Source: Thermoproteota archaeon
GTDB lineage: Archaea; Asgardarchaeota; Njordarchaeia; Njordarchaeales; Panguiarchaeaceae
Length of the DNA stretch: 64,000 bases
Direction: 5' to 3'
NCBI GenBank assembly: GCA_024720975.1
Contig: JANJXX010000003.1
Location: 32,001-96,000, forward strand
Shown here: one piece after another, positions 9,243 through 19,390 of the stretch
Numbering within the stretch: position 1 is the stretch's first letter
How the letters are laid out: the number at the start of each line of letters is the position of its first letter
Notes under the pieces: generated by a model
What the model saw: the letters and a program-made list of their open reading frames with translations, nothing else
What the model was told of the DNA's origin: nothing
Database searches by the model: none
Made by a program: the position numbers and the translations under genes

Positions 9243-9575
9243 AGGGGCACACCCAATTGCTACTATGGTATTACTTTAAAATTAAATTTAAATATCAGGA
9301 CAAACCCATACAGAAGTTTGGCCATTTTGAGATCCAAGCTTTAATAGATCGCTAATCCCGCCATCTATAAACACTATCTAACTTGCAACTGGCTTGGAAA
9401 TCAGGCCACTTACTCACGCTTTTCAATCTTCCGAAAGTTCTTAGAAGAACTTGTAACATTCGCTTAGAGATATGTTCTATTGGCTGTTGAGACAACTCCG
9501 AGTTCTAAAAATTACATTTAAAAATAAGCTCATTATAAGTTTTTCACGTGATTAGAGTTTTGCGTACGAGAAACT

Positions 9576-10892
9576 TTGAATGCTGTGCACCTCCAAAGGC
9601 TTTATGTTACTGAAGTTATTAGTTCTTCATTGTTTGTCGGTGTGATTATGGAGGGAAAAGATGTTGCTGAGAGAATAATATGGACAAATATTGTTGGGTT
9701 GACTCTTAGTTGGGTTATCTGGAATCCGTTTCAATTGGCTACTATGACTTATTGGCAGATCTTTCTTTTGGCACTAGGTGCAACACCTCCAATCATTGCT
9801 ATGATATCTGCAGTGTCTGAGATAACTTTATCGATTTCGCGAATTCCTGGTGGATACTTAGCTGATAAAATAGGTCGTAGGATTTTAATCGTTTCAATGA
9901 CGTACGTTATCTCACTGGTTTACTTAATCATGTATTTCGCAACTCGTTGGGAGCATATTCTAATAGCTAGTATAATAAATAACATAGCGCTCTTCTACCA
10001 ACCGGCACTTAATGCTATCATTGCAGATAGTTTGCCAAAGAGAAGGAGAGGTTTTGGATTCTCAATAACGAGCACTATTCCCGGTATAGCGAATATCTTT
10101 GCGCCCTATATTGCTCTTATTTACGTGACCAAATATGGTGTTGTAATTGGTACTCGACAATTATTACTCTTATCATGTCTAACCGGCCTAATCGCAGCTA
10201 CAGTGAGGTTAATTACGCTCAGAGAGACTATAAAAAGCGAGAACTTCGCTTTGAATAAAATCGGTAGTGATATTGTGATAGAGTATAGAGAGACCATCAA
10301 ATTAATATTCAGAGTGATGAAATTCCTACTTATAGGGCTTGCATTTGCTGGAATAGCTAGTGGACTTGCATATTTATCTCAGTTATACGCCCTCAACTAC
10401 TTAGCAATTAGCAAGGAAGGTTGGGCATATATACAAATTGCATCCATTACGCTCTTTTTGGTATTACCTTTACCATTCAGTATCCTTGTAGATAAAGTTG
10501 GTAGAAAGTTACCTATAGTCACCGCCGCACTCTTGGCCTCTGTATCATATTTCATGATGGCAATCGCTCCAGTAGGTGAAAGAGCCATCCGATATTTATT
10601 CGCCTCAGCTATACTTGGATCAATAGCTGGCGCCATGAACTCTGTCGCGCTATCTGCTGCTGAAGCTGATTTAATCTCGCAGGAGATTCGAGGAAAGGGA
10701 TATGCCATGATTGGCCTTATAAATACTTTTGTAGTTGCACTAGCTCAACTAACTAGTGGTTTGATATACATATCGCTAGGGCCGAGAGTTCCATTTCTTC
10801 TCGCTGCGATGTTTTCACTACTAGCATTTCTCGTATTCCTTAGAATCTCAGAAACTCTGAGAGGAAAACCACCAACAATTTCAACTCGTTAA
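9576..10892 (+). CDS. MFS transporter (likely start ATG 9648)
   Basis: ~12 hydrophobic segments, motif A GYLADKIGRR and a second copy VDKVGRK. Confidence 0.9.
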   Translation: MNAVHLQRLYVTEVISSSLFVGVIMEGKDVAERIIWTNIVGLTLSWVIWNPFQLATMTYWQIFLLALGATPPIIAMISAVSEITLSISRIPGGYLADKIGRRILIVSMTYVISLVYLIMYFATRWEHILIASIINNIALFYQPALNAIIADSLPKRRRGFGFSITSTIPGIANIFAPYIALIYVTKYGVVIGTRQLLLLSCLTGLIAATVRLITLRETIKSENFALNKIGSDIVIEYRETIKLIFRVMKFLLIGLAFAGIASGLAYLSQLYALNYLAISKEGWAYIQIASITLFLVLPLPFSILVDKVGRKLPIVTAALLASVSYFMMAIAPVGERAIRYLFASAILGSIAGAMNSVALSAAEADLISQEIRGKGYAMIGLINTFVVALAQLTSGLIYISLGPRVPFLLAAMFSLLAFLVFLRISETLRGKPPTISTR

Positions 10893-10926
10893 ATTAATAG
10901 ATCTCAGGCTTTAATGGCTCCGTTTC

Positions 10927-11805
10927 TCATTTACCTCTAAGGAGTTCCTGGAGAGCCTCCCTAGCTGGTTTGTACACTTTTTTAAGAGGCCATTCCAACT
11001 CTAAGCCAGCAGCTTTAAGCCTACGGAGGGACATATCGTAGGGATCTACAACCTCTTCTTCGAGTAGGAGCAAGAGCCTGATATCAATATCAACGAGCCT
11101 CTTAAGCAGCGCAGTGCGCTCCTCTACAGTCATTATTCGTGGGTCTAGAGACATTGCCGCAACGTGCCATCTCTTTCCTAAGGTCTCTATTCCAGCTACA
11201 TCAACTATATTTCTTATGGCTTGGAATGGTATCTCGAAATTCTCCTTTCTGGCCCCGGTCTTTCTCTGAAAATCCTCCGGCGTCCCAGCCTTTAGGGATA
11301 GTCTTAGATAAACCTTGTCGAAGCTATTGAAAATCTTTTTCACATAATCCTTATCTATGCCAAATAAAATACCATTCGTCTCTAGTATGAATATTTTAAT
11401 ATTCTGGTCATCCTCTATATAATCAAGCAAACTAATCAAATGCGCCTTGCATAATGTAGGTTCACAACCTGATATCCTAGCCTTATGAATATTACTCTTC
11501 TTGGCAGAGCTAGCCATACACTCATATGCACGCTCGGGAGTATAAAATTCCCCATAAGTCTCAGGAAAGTCTCTCGAGGGACTAACCCAACAGAATACGC
11601 ATCTTAAGCAGCAACCAACTCCATATCCTGTAGCAATGCCACCATATACACCAGCAACATAGAATGCCGTGTACTTTCTGGCAGCATCTTTCTCTCTACA
11701 GACTATTTTCTCAGTAAGGCGTGCCAATTCTACAGCGTCGAATGGTTCCCAGTTCTTTGTAACAAAACGTGGATATTTAGAAATACCTTCTGACATTCTT
11801 TCCAC
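10927..11805 (-). CDS. Radical SAM protein, uncharacterised archaeal family
   Basis: CxxxCxxC as GCCLRCVFCW, YGGIAT, RISGCEP, FILETNG. Confidence 0.85.
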   Translation of the reverse strand: MERMSEGISKYPRFVTKNWEPFDAVELARLTEKIVCREKDAARKYTAFYVAGVYGGIATGYGVGCCLRCVFCWVSPSRDFPETYGEFYTPERAYECMASSAKKSNIHKARISGCEPTLCKAHLISLLDYIEDDQNIKIFILETNGILFGIDKDYVKKIFNSFDKVYLRLSLKAGTPEDFQRKTGARKENFEIPFQAIRNIVDVAGIETLGKRWHVAAMSLDPRIMTVEERTALLKRLVDIDIRLLLLLEEEVVDPYDMSLRRLKAAGLELEWPLKKVYKPAREALQELLRGK

Positions 11806-11952
11806 TAATCAAAAATACTTAGAGACAATCTATACTTTTCCATCAAGATAAGGAAAAGCAATTTTTGTCTGTGAGAGAGCCCATTATAAGTGTTCATTAT
11901 CTAGAAATCTCAAAAGCGAGAAAAAAATAGAAGGTTAGCGAAATATGCATAT

Positions 11953-13848
11953 CTACGCTCTACGCCTTTTTATAAGTAGAGCTAATCCAACTATTGCTAC
12001 CACTGAAACTATTATGAGGCCAAAGATTAGTGGTTGTGAGATTATGTATTCTCCCATTTTCGCTGGCGTCACAACTTTCCAGGCTTGCTTATCAGAGAAA
12101 GATGGCGGGTCAGAGTCGAGTTGATCCCAGTAGACCACCCAACCAGGAGCCCTTACTTCTTCTGAGACCACCTTATTAATTATCAGCTTAAGAGAATAAT
12201 CCTGCAATGTTTCGTCGTCTAGTGAGCCATCTCCATCAGTATCGTATTTGAGCTTAACACTAAACTCGAAACCAGCCTCTACAAGGTACCCCGTGGACTT
12301 ATAAACAAGCCATATTCCTCCATAACCACTCAGGATAAATGGTCTTTCACCCGGATTAACATTCGTGTAATTTATTGAGAATGTAACATTTGCAAGGATG
12401 GTAAAGTGTCCCTGAATACTCTCAAGTACATCATAGTAACCATGCATATCGAACTCTGGCACGCGATATCCCTGAGATCTTGCTACAGCCAAGTAGTATT
12501 TGACAAATCTAGGTAAAACATCTGCTAGCGCATGTCCAACAAGCTGCAATTGACCATAGAGAATATCTTTATAAGGATACACTCTTATACCTCCCGGCAT
12601 TAGCATTGGACTGGCAAGATCGAACTGTTCTTTCTCTATCATGCTTCCGGATGATTCATTATAATAGTACACCTGTCCTTTGTATTCAGCAATGAGCCCC
12701 GTTGGATTAGCACAATATGTGAGGTTTACCCTTAGATTTTCAAAGGATTTAATAGATATAGGTACACCCGTTTTGTTTAGGATTTCCTCCAAATCTGGTG
12801 AGATTGAAATGTCAGTTACTTTGTATGCTATTACCTCACCAAAGTTCGTCCAGGGCTCTAGATCATGCGATTCAATATACTTTATTCTAATTTTTATTGA
12901 CCCGCTAACAGTCAGCCCAACAGATCCATACTGGTACGTATATATGGAGTATGGAACATTCTGAAAGTTCGCTGAGAGGTATAGATCCTTCAGAAGACCT
13001 GTTGTTAAATCATACTTAGCCTGAAAATCAATACTAAAAACTAGAAGCGAACCTTTAAGACTGAAAATAGCCTCGTTTCCGCTTTCGGTATACATGAAGC
13101 TTAAGCCATAATAACTTCCATTCCATTCAGAACCACATGCTCTTATAGCGTCGGGATCTCCAAGAATCATCCCTGGAGAGAATAAATCCATGCGCATTGG
13201 AACGGCATAAAGGGATCCTAGTAGTTCCGGCGCCTCAAATTGCTTTGGATGAATTTCTATGATGGGTGCAATAATATTCCTTAGCATATTTGATAATATG
13301 TCAACACTCCTGAGGTTCAGTCTAGGAATTAATATCTCACTGAGTGATCTTCCAAGCGACATAGCATATGGCGAGAAGCCATATTGCGCAAGCGGTGGCA
13401 ATGGGAACACAGATTTTTTCGGAATTGAAAATTCTAGGATTTTGGCTAGATCTTCATTCATCGGTATTTCTTCGCCAATTGCCCACTTAACTATACTTGC
13501 CAACGCTAGGAATAAATCTTTGGAAACAAGTATGTCCTTTTGTGTTTCTATAAATCCAGCTGCCCACACAATTTTATAGTAATCTGAATAGTTTTTGTTC
13601 CCTATGAATGCATAGTATTCTGAATCCTTAAATGCGCCTATGATAGCCTCTATACAGTTTGCTAGTTTATTTAAATCATTCTTAACTACAGAGTTGTCTG
13701 ATTCTATATCTATGGATAGCGAGATTTCTGGAACACTCCATTTGTGTACCTTATACGGCTCAACTCCTGGGATGGAAAAAGTTGGTGCTATTCTGACAAA
13801 GGCTGCCAGTAGTAGCACCATTATTAACACATAATATTTGCTCTTCAT
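11953..13848 (-). CDS. Secreted, C-terminally membrane-anchored surface protein
   Basis: N-terminal signal peptide, C-terminal TM followed by KRRRA, sequons, and a DTDGDGSLDDE Ca-binding-like loop. Confidence 0.75.
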   Translation of the reverse strand: MKSKYYVLIMVLLLAAFVRIAPTFSIPGVEPYKVHKWSVPEISLSIDIESDNSVVKNDLNKLANCIEAIIGAFKDSEYYAFIGNKNYSDYYKIVWAAGFIETQKDILVSKDLFLALASIVKWAIGEEIPMNEDLAKILEFSIPKKSVFPLPPLAQYGFSPYAMSLGRSLSEILIPRLNLRSVDILSNMLRNIIAPIIEIHPKQFEAPELLGSLYAVPMRMDLFSPGMILGDPDAIRACGSEWNGSYYGLSFMYTESGNEAIFSLKGSLLVFSIDFQAKYDLTTGLLKDLYLSANFQNVPYSIYTYQYGSVGLTVSGSIKIRIKYIESHDLEPWTNFGEVIAYKVTDISISPDLEEILNKTGVPISIKSFENLRVNLTYCANPTGLIAEYKGQVYYYNESSGSMIEKEQFDLASPMLMPGGIRVYPYKDILYGQLQLVGHALADVLPRFVKYYLAVARSQGYRVPEFDMHGYYDVLESIQGHFTILANVTFSINYTNVNPGERPFILSGYGGIWLVYKSTGYLVEAGFEFSVKLKYDTDGDGSLDDETLQDYSLKLIINKVVSEEVRAPGWVVYWDQLDSDPPSFSDKQAWKVVTPAKMGEYIISQPLIFGLIIVSVVAIVGLALLIKRRRA

Positions 13849-14045
13849 TCATAGCCACCATGGTTCTATCCATAAGAAATTAAAAAGTTATTTATAAAAG
13901 CTAACGAAAAAAGGATACATAAAAAACACTCCATATCAAACTTCTCATTCACCATTGAAAAGCTCCTAAAAATTACACATACTTGTTAAAAACATTTCTA
14001 TGAGAATACTCCTATCCGCATGTAATTTGCTAACCGCCATTTTTA

Positions 14046-15290
14046 TTAGTAATTGGACTTTTTATATAGTACTATGGATAGGGGAATTCCTATAGAATAT
14101 ATTGCAACACCTAACCCTAGAATTACTGACATTAGTGTTATGTTCTTTTCTGCTCCTATCACCCACGAAATAATACCACCTGCTATGTCTCCAAGTGCCA
14201 TGAATATGATGCTTGCCAAATTTCGCACTGCATGGGCTTCTGACTCTCTCGTCTCAATGCTATATATTGTTGTAAGCGATATTAGTTCTAGATTTATGAT
14301 TGTCCAAAGCGGAGCAAGCCAGAATATTATAGATAATGTAAAGTCCCAGCTAAATACTAATAGGGCCATTAGCAAGGTTCTTATAAGCAGGGTACAAATA
14401 AGTATTCTCTCTTCGCCAAGTTTTTTGCTAACTGCCCCAACTAAATATGGTGCTCCAATACTTAAAATCCCACTCACACCAGAAAGTACACCATATAGAG
14501 TCTTGGATCCTACGATCATGTAGAACTTTATTATAAATACTAGGAAGTATAATGAAGACCCAAAACTTAGAACACCAACAATTGCAAGCAGGTATACTAG
14601 CAGGTTATCTTTGCTCGGTAAAGATAAACTCCAAGCAGCCTTAAAGGCTTCCTTAAAGGATATAGAACTTTCTGCAAAAATCTCACTGTAAGAGCCTATT
14701 ACTAGTAGACCTAAAAGTACTGACAAAATTGATACCAACAAGACTGGCTTTAAGCCAATGGTATCGACAAGTATACCTGAAACAAAGCTACCCAGAGTCC
14801 ACCCGATAGCGTCTGAAGCAACAAATATGCCCGACGCTAGGCTTACCCTCTCTCTGCCGAGAGATGTTGTTATTGCCGCGGCTAATGCACCGCCACCAAC
14901 TGATATACTAAGTCCTACCATCGCGGAGAACATGGCGATTGAGATGACATTAATGAATTTTGTCTCAACACATAGATAAAATGTGATGTATGCTGCAAGC
15001 AGAATGATTAATTCTATCACTATGAATTTCTTCCTACCAGTCCTGTCGGCGTATATGCCCAGAGCTCTAGAGAATGTGAGCATAACAAGACTTTGTGATA
15101 TGTATGTTATTGCCATCTCTAGAAAACTAAATCCGAGATCCCACATATATAATGGGAGAATTGTCCAGAATACCGAAATCGAAAACCCCAAAACTACTGC
15201 TGTTATTGATAGGCTTAATAAACCCGACCTCAAAGCAAACACCAACAAATCTGGTACTTGAAGATCGAAGACAGCAACAGAGTTTACCAA
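14046..15290 (-). CDS. MFS transporter (start possibly TTG 15233)
   Basis: Multiple TM segments, GIYADRTGRK motif A. Confidence 0.85.
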   Translation of the reverse strand: MVNSVAVFDLQVPDLLVFALRSGLLSLSITAVVLGFSISVFWTILPLYMWDLGFSFLEMAITYISQSLVMLTFSRALGIYADRTGRKKFIVIELIILLAAYITFYLCVETKFINVISIAMFSAMVGLSISVGGGALAAAITTSLGRERVSLASGIFVASDAIGWTLGSFVSGILVDTIGLKPVLLVSILSVLLGLLVIGSYSEIFAESSISFKEAFKAAWSLSLPSKDNLLVYLLAIVGVLSFGSSLYFLVFIIKFYMIVGSKTLYGVLSGVSGILSIGAPYLVGAVSKKLGEERILICTLLIRTLLMALLVFSWDFTLSIIFWLAPLWTIINLELISLTTIYSIETRESEAHAVRNLASIIFMALGDIAGGIISWVIGAEKNITLMSVILGLGVAIYSIGIPLSIVLYKKSNY

Positions 15291-15371
15291 GCTGCTGGAA
15301 ATACGTTAGGTGCTTAAATCAAAAATTGAGATTTTTTTATTTCTTAGGTGTGAATAGGCGGTGCTCTTATT

Positions 15372-16544
15372 TTGGATCAAGAGGTAGTTTTTCCACTTGT
15401 CGCCTTCGTTGGACAGGACTTATTCAAGTTAGCCCTACTGGCTATAGCAGTTAATCCATCAATTGGAGGACTCTTAGTTAGGGGAGAAAAGGGCACTGGA
15501 AAATCCGTCCTGGTGCGGGCCCTGGCCGATGTTCTTCTACCAATAGAAGTAGTAGCCGATTGTCCATTTAACTGCGATCCTCACAACCCACTTCTAATGT
15601 GTCCACAGTGTCGTGAGCGTTATAATCGGGGAGAGAAACTGCCAGTGAAGCAGATGAAAATGAAGGTTATCACCCTTCCAATAGGAGCGACTGAGGATAT
15701 GGTTCTCGGCACAATAGATATCGAGAAAGTTCTCAAGGAAGGAAAACCGGCATTAAAACCAGGTATATTAGCGCGAGCAAATAGAAATATTCTTTACATA
15801 GATGAGATAAATTTATTGCCTGATCACTTGGTAGACATAATACTGGATGCTGCTGCAATGGGTTTTAACTACGTTGAAAGAGAGAACATAAGCTTCTCGC
15901 ACCCAGCTAAATTCATTCTAGTAGGCACAATGAACCCAGAAGAGGGTGACATTCGACCGCAACTACTAGATAGACTCTCACTGTGCGTGGACGTGAAGGG
16001 TATAGATTCTCCAGAACTACGCGCGGAGATTATTAAGAGGAATATGGAATTTCAGCTAGACCCCATAGCGTTTAGAGAGCGATACAAGGAGCAGACGGAG
16101 AATTTAAGAAATAGAATCGCCTATGCTAAAAGCCTCATAAATAGCGTTGAAATTAGTGATGCGATGATACTCCTAATAGCAAAACTATGTAGCACTCTTG
16201 AGGTTGACGGACACCGTCCTGACATCGTCATTGCTCAGACAGCAAGAGCTCTTGCAGCATTAGATGGAAGAGATAGCGTTGAACCTTCTGACATTCAAAT
16301 AGCAGCTCAGCTGGCTCTTATACATAGAACGCGAAAGGGTGGTCTTCTAGAGCCACCAACACTGGAAGAGATTGAGGAAGCATTCAAGAAAGCATTAAAA
16401 GAAGTAAAATCAAAGCTCACTATTAAAATCGAGGAACGCTACAAGACAGCCAGAGAGTACATCGAAAACATTCTCTTGACTCCTATAGTGCCTAAAGACA
16501 AAGGTAAAGTTTCTTTGAAGGGTGAACAGCACTTTTTTCGATGA
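15372..16544 (+). CDS. Mg/Co-chelatase ChlI/BchI-type AAA+ ATPase
   Basis: FP...VGQ, GEKGTGKS Walker A, CPFNCDP, ATEDMV.GT.D, LYIDEINLL, GTMNPEEG, RPQLLDR, DGHR.DI. Confidence 0.9.
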   Translation: MDQEVVFPLVAFVGQDLFKLALLAIAVNPSIGGLLVRGEKGTGKSVLVRALADVLLPIEVVADCPFNCDPHNPLLMCPQCRERYNRGEKLPVKQMKMKVITLPIGATEDMVLGTIDIEKVLKEGKPALKPGILARANRNILYIDEINLLPDHLVDIILDAAAMGFNYVERENISFSHPAKFILVGTMNPEEGDIRPQLLDRLSLCVDVKGIDSPELRAEIIKRNMEFQLDPIAFRERYKEQTENLRNRIAYAKSLINSVEISDAMILLIAKLCSTLEVDGHRPDIVIAQTARALAALDGRDSVEPSDIQIAAQLALIHRTRKGGLLEPPTLEEIEEAFKKALKEVKSKLTIKIEERYKTAREYIENILLTPIVPKDKGKVSLKGEQHFFR

Positions 16545-17793
16545 AAGTGAGATACCCGATCAGATAAGAAAACTACCTCGAAAGTCAAAATCCTTGAATA
16601 ACCTGAAGAGCATCGATAAAGAGAACGTTGACAAATTCCTGAGTAGCGATAGGAAAAGGAGTATTCTAAAAGCATTCTTCAAAGCAAGATTACTCGAACA
16701 TATAAGACATTCAATACCAATCAGGGGTAAAATTAATATCAAGCCCGACGTTGAGTATTCAGAGCATGCACACGCAAGAAAAGCAAGACTAGGAGTAGCC
16801 AAAGTCAAAATTGTTGAAGAGGACTTTCCGATATTGGAGAAAGTCAGCATCAGGGATCTCTTGTCGATGCCATCAATAAAACGCGCAAATACAACAGCGC
16901 CAAAATTAAGGCGTATCCGTCCCATGCGTGCAGAAGGGAGCTATTATGGTCTGAATTACACAGCGACATACGGTTCTAGAGGATTCTACGTGTCTTACAC
17001 AATGAATAAGAAATTCCATAGTAGAATAGCGCTAGTACCGACACTAATATCAAGGCTTCTATATCAACGGGGAAAGGTGAGTTCGGGAGAAATAAAATTC
17101 GAGTTAAGAGAGGGAAAACAAAGGCTTCTACTTGTAATAGTCTTAGATGCAAGCGAAAGCATGCAGGCATTTATCCCCATAATCGCACGCACCCTATTAC
17201 GCTTTCATGAACGAGCATGGAAGCTGCGAAGCCTCACTGGCCTAATATCAGTACAAGAGAACACGACAAAAGTTCTAGTCTATCCAACGACAAATATTAA
17301 CAAAATTATTAGCGGCTTCTTCCAAGTGGAGTTCTGGGGTAGGACGCCACTTGCACTTGGCCTCCTTAGGGCATTCAGGCTGATATTATCTATGCATGCT
17401 AAGTCTCCTGATTTAGTACCTAGGGTCATTTTATTCTCCGATGGACTAGCTAACATACCTCTTCAAATACCGGTTGACAGAAATGTAAGAAATTACTTTG
17501 AATCTGATGCTCAAGCGGATGTAATTGCTGCTGCTAGACTACTTGCAAGAAGAAACGTAAAGCTAATAACTGTCAATCCATGGCACATTAACTACTGGCC
17601 CGCAAAGTATATAATATCCCCATCTGAACTTCTCAAAATTGCAACTAGAATCACCGGGGGTATTTACTTAGGCTTCAATTTAAGCCAGGAACATCCATCA
17701 ATAATACCACCCAGAATGATTAACATTGACGATGCCACCGTGGAGGAGCTCGTAGATAGGATCCTGTGTGCAATATTTAAGTCAATTAGCTGA
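16522..17793 (+). CDS. VWA-domain protein, equivalent to the C-terminal half of ChlD
   Basis: Basic linker region, then IALVPTL, MIDAS DASES, GRTPLALGL and LFSDGLAN as in ChlD VWA domains. Overlaps the AAA+ gene in the +1 frame. Confidence 0.8.
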   Translation: MNSTFFDESEIPDQIRKLPRKSKSLNNLKSIDKENVDKFLSSDRKRSILKAFFKARLLEHIRHSIPIRGKINIKPDVEYSEHAHARKARLGVAKVKIVEEDFPILEKVSIRDLLSMPSIKRANTTAPKLRRIRPMRAEGSYYGLNYTATYGSRGFYVSYTMNKKFHSRIALVPTLISRLLYQRGKVSSGEIKFELREGKQRLLLVIVLDASESMQAFIPIIARTLLRFHERAWKLRSLTGLISVQENTTKVLVYPTTNINKIISGFFQVEFWGRTPLALGLLRAFRLILSMHAKSPDLVPRVILFSDGLANIPLQIPVDRNVRNYFESDAQADVIAAARLLARRNVKLITVNPWHINYWPAKYIISPSELLKIATRITGGIYLGFNLSQEHPSIIPPRMINIDDATVEELVDRILCAIFKSIS

Positions 17794-17913
17794 AGCCCAT
17801 GCAAAATTCATCAAGACTAGCTAGCAGAGTTAGTCGTGAAGAGTGAGATTAATTCCCTGCTAATTGATAATATCTTAAATCAGTAAGACTGAAATTCGTA
17901 TTCAGTAATCTAA

Positions 17914-18354
17914 GTGATCAATGTGAGTATAGAGAAACCCGAAAAGCCTGATGGTTTGTACCTATACGAAAACGGAGCCTGGATTCAAAAATCCCAAGAA
18001 GACTTCACTGAAGGAGTTCACATAGTATACTTTAACAATAAAGAGTGCTTCGCCTGCCTGTTATTTAATGCTACATGGAATAAATTCGTAGAACTGACTA
18101 ATTCAAGCAATCTAAAATTCTGGACTGTTATCTGCTCTTGGTTTGCCAAGAAGTGCTCAGATGATAGGGCCAAATGGTTATTCGAAAATTATCAAGTCAA
18201 ATCATCACCGACAATACTAATAATAAGAGACGGCGTCATAATAAAGACAATAAAGGGCTCCTTAAGCTTAGAGGAACTCGAGAAACAAATAAAAGACGTA
18301 CTTGAGGGAAAAGAGGAACAAAAGGAAGACCTAACAAAAAGATTTGTATGCTGA
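17914..18354 (+). CDS. Thioredoxin-fold protein
   Basis: YFNNKECFAC CxxC, a second Cys pair CSWFAKKC, and cis-Pro segment VKSSPT. Confidence 0.75.
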   Translation: MINVSIEKPEKPDGLYLYENGAWIQKSQEDFTEGVHIVYFNNKECFACLLFNATWNKFVELTNSSNLKFWTVICSWFAKKCSDDRAKWLFENYQVKSSPTILIIRDGVIIKTIKGSLSLEELEKQIKDVLEGKEEQKEDLTKRFVC

Positions 18355-18359
18355 AAAAG

Positions 18360-19151
18360 TTATTGGGAAGCAGCATATGAGCTATAATAATCCTTGGAAA
18401 TTGCGAGAAGCATTGCACATCTCTTTGTAAAATTAAGTACTATTCCTACTCTTAGAGCCTTTTTCTCTCCACCTATGTCATTAAAAAGCGTTATCAGTGA
18501 TGGATAGCTAGGAGTAATACCACGCTCAGATAACAATCTCATTATATGTTCCTTTCCAAGACCGATCTTGCATCTGTACAGAGCTTTTATAAAGGCGCTG
18601 AAAGTGTAATATGTAAAACCGCGTAGCAAGTCTTCATAACTATACCATCTTTTTTCACTGCTAAGTTTACCTAGTAGATTCTTCGGTGAAACAAAGACTG
18701 AGAAAACTACTGCTAAAGGATCGAAGGTGTTTTCATAATATCTTGGTAGAACTATGAAAACATACTCTTTTCCCATTGCATCATTCCTTTCAGACATCCT
18801 TATAATTTCCTCAGCATCCAAATCATAGTAGAAATTCTTCTTATCATATTCCTCCGTCCCTTGTTCAAATTCCTCTGGAGTTGTGTATATTCCCTTAACC
18901 TCAAGCACAACAAACTTTAGGAAGTCTTCAGTCTGAATCCACTTGACGATGGAGAATTTAACATCAAAAGGAGCACCAACAGGACCAAGACCAACTACTT
19001 GAAAGCCAAGCAATCCTAGCATACTTTTAAGTGACCCGATTATCCAAAAATAGTAGCTGTAAGGACTCCTAATTGGTATCAACATAGCCACCAAGAAGGA
19101 TCCATTAACGGCAACTATTCGGTTAGTAGTGTAGATAATATTAATACCCAT
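18360..19151 (-). CDS. Hypothetical protein, possible PD-(D/E)XK nuclease fold
   Basis: LGFQV...PFDVKF...VVLEVKG pattern. Otherwise unrecognised. Confidence 0.5.
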   Translation of the reverse strand: MGINIIYTTNRIVAVNGSFLVAMLIPIRSPYSYYFWIIGSLKSMLGLLGFQVVGLGPVGAPFDVKFSIVKWIQTEDFLKFVVLEVKGIYTTPEEFEQGTEEYDKKNFYYDLDAEEIIRMSERNDAMGKEYVFIVLPRYYENTFDPLAVVFSVFVSPKNLLGKLSSEKRWYSYEDLLRGFTYYTFSAFIKALYRCKIGLGKEHIMRLLSERGITPSYPSLITLFNDIGGEKKALRVGIVLNFTKRCAMLLAISKDYYSSYAASQ

Positions 19152-19390
19152 TCTTAAAATAAATGTGTATATTAAAACATAAGGGGCATTGCTGGCTCTA
19201 AAAATTCCTGTTCATTTATCTACATGGATATCTAATTTTAAACATTCTTCAGCAAGACATCATTAGGAGTAGTAAAATAGAAATGACTTGATCCATTAGA
19301 GAATTGTGAGCTCGTAGATTCTCTATGCCCCAGCGCCTTTAATTTCCACAAGAGTGTGTATTTGGATTTTACTTTAAAGAGTCTTTATTC

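Noticed and set aside
16542-16550. Selenocysteine or stop readthrough at the AAA+ TGA
   Set aside because: A second in-frame TGA follows two codons later, so readthrough cannot reach the VWA domain.
15372-17793. Evidence for (bacterio)chlorophyll synthesis
   Set aside because: ChlI/ChlD-like AAA+/VWA genes are widespread in non-phototrophic archaea, and there is no ChlH or other pigment gene here.
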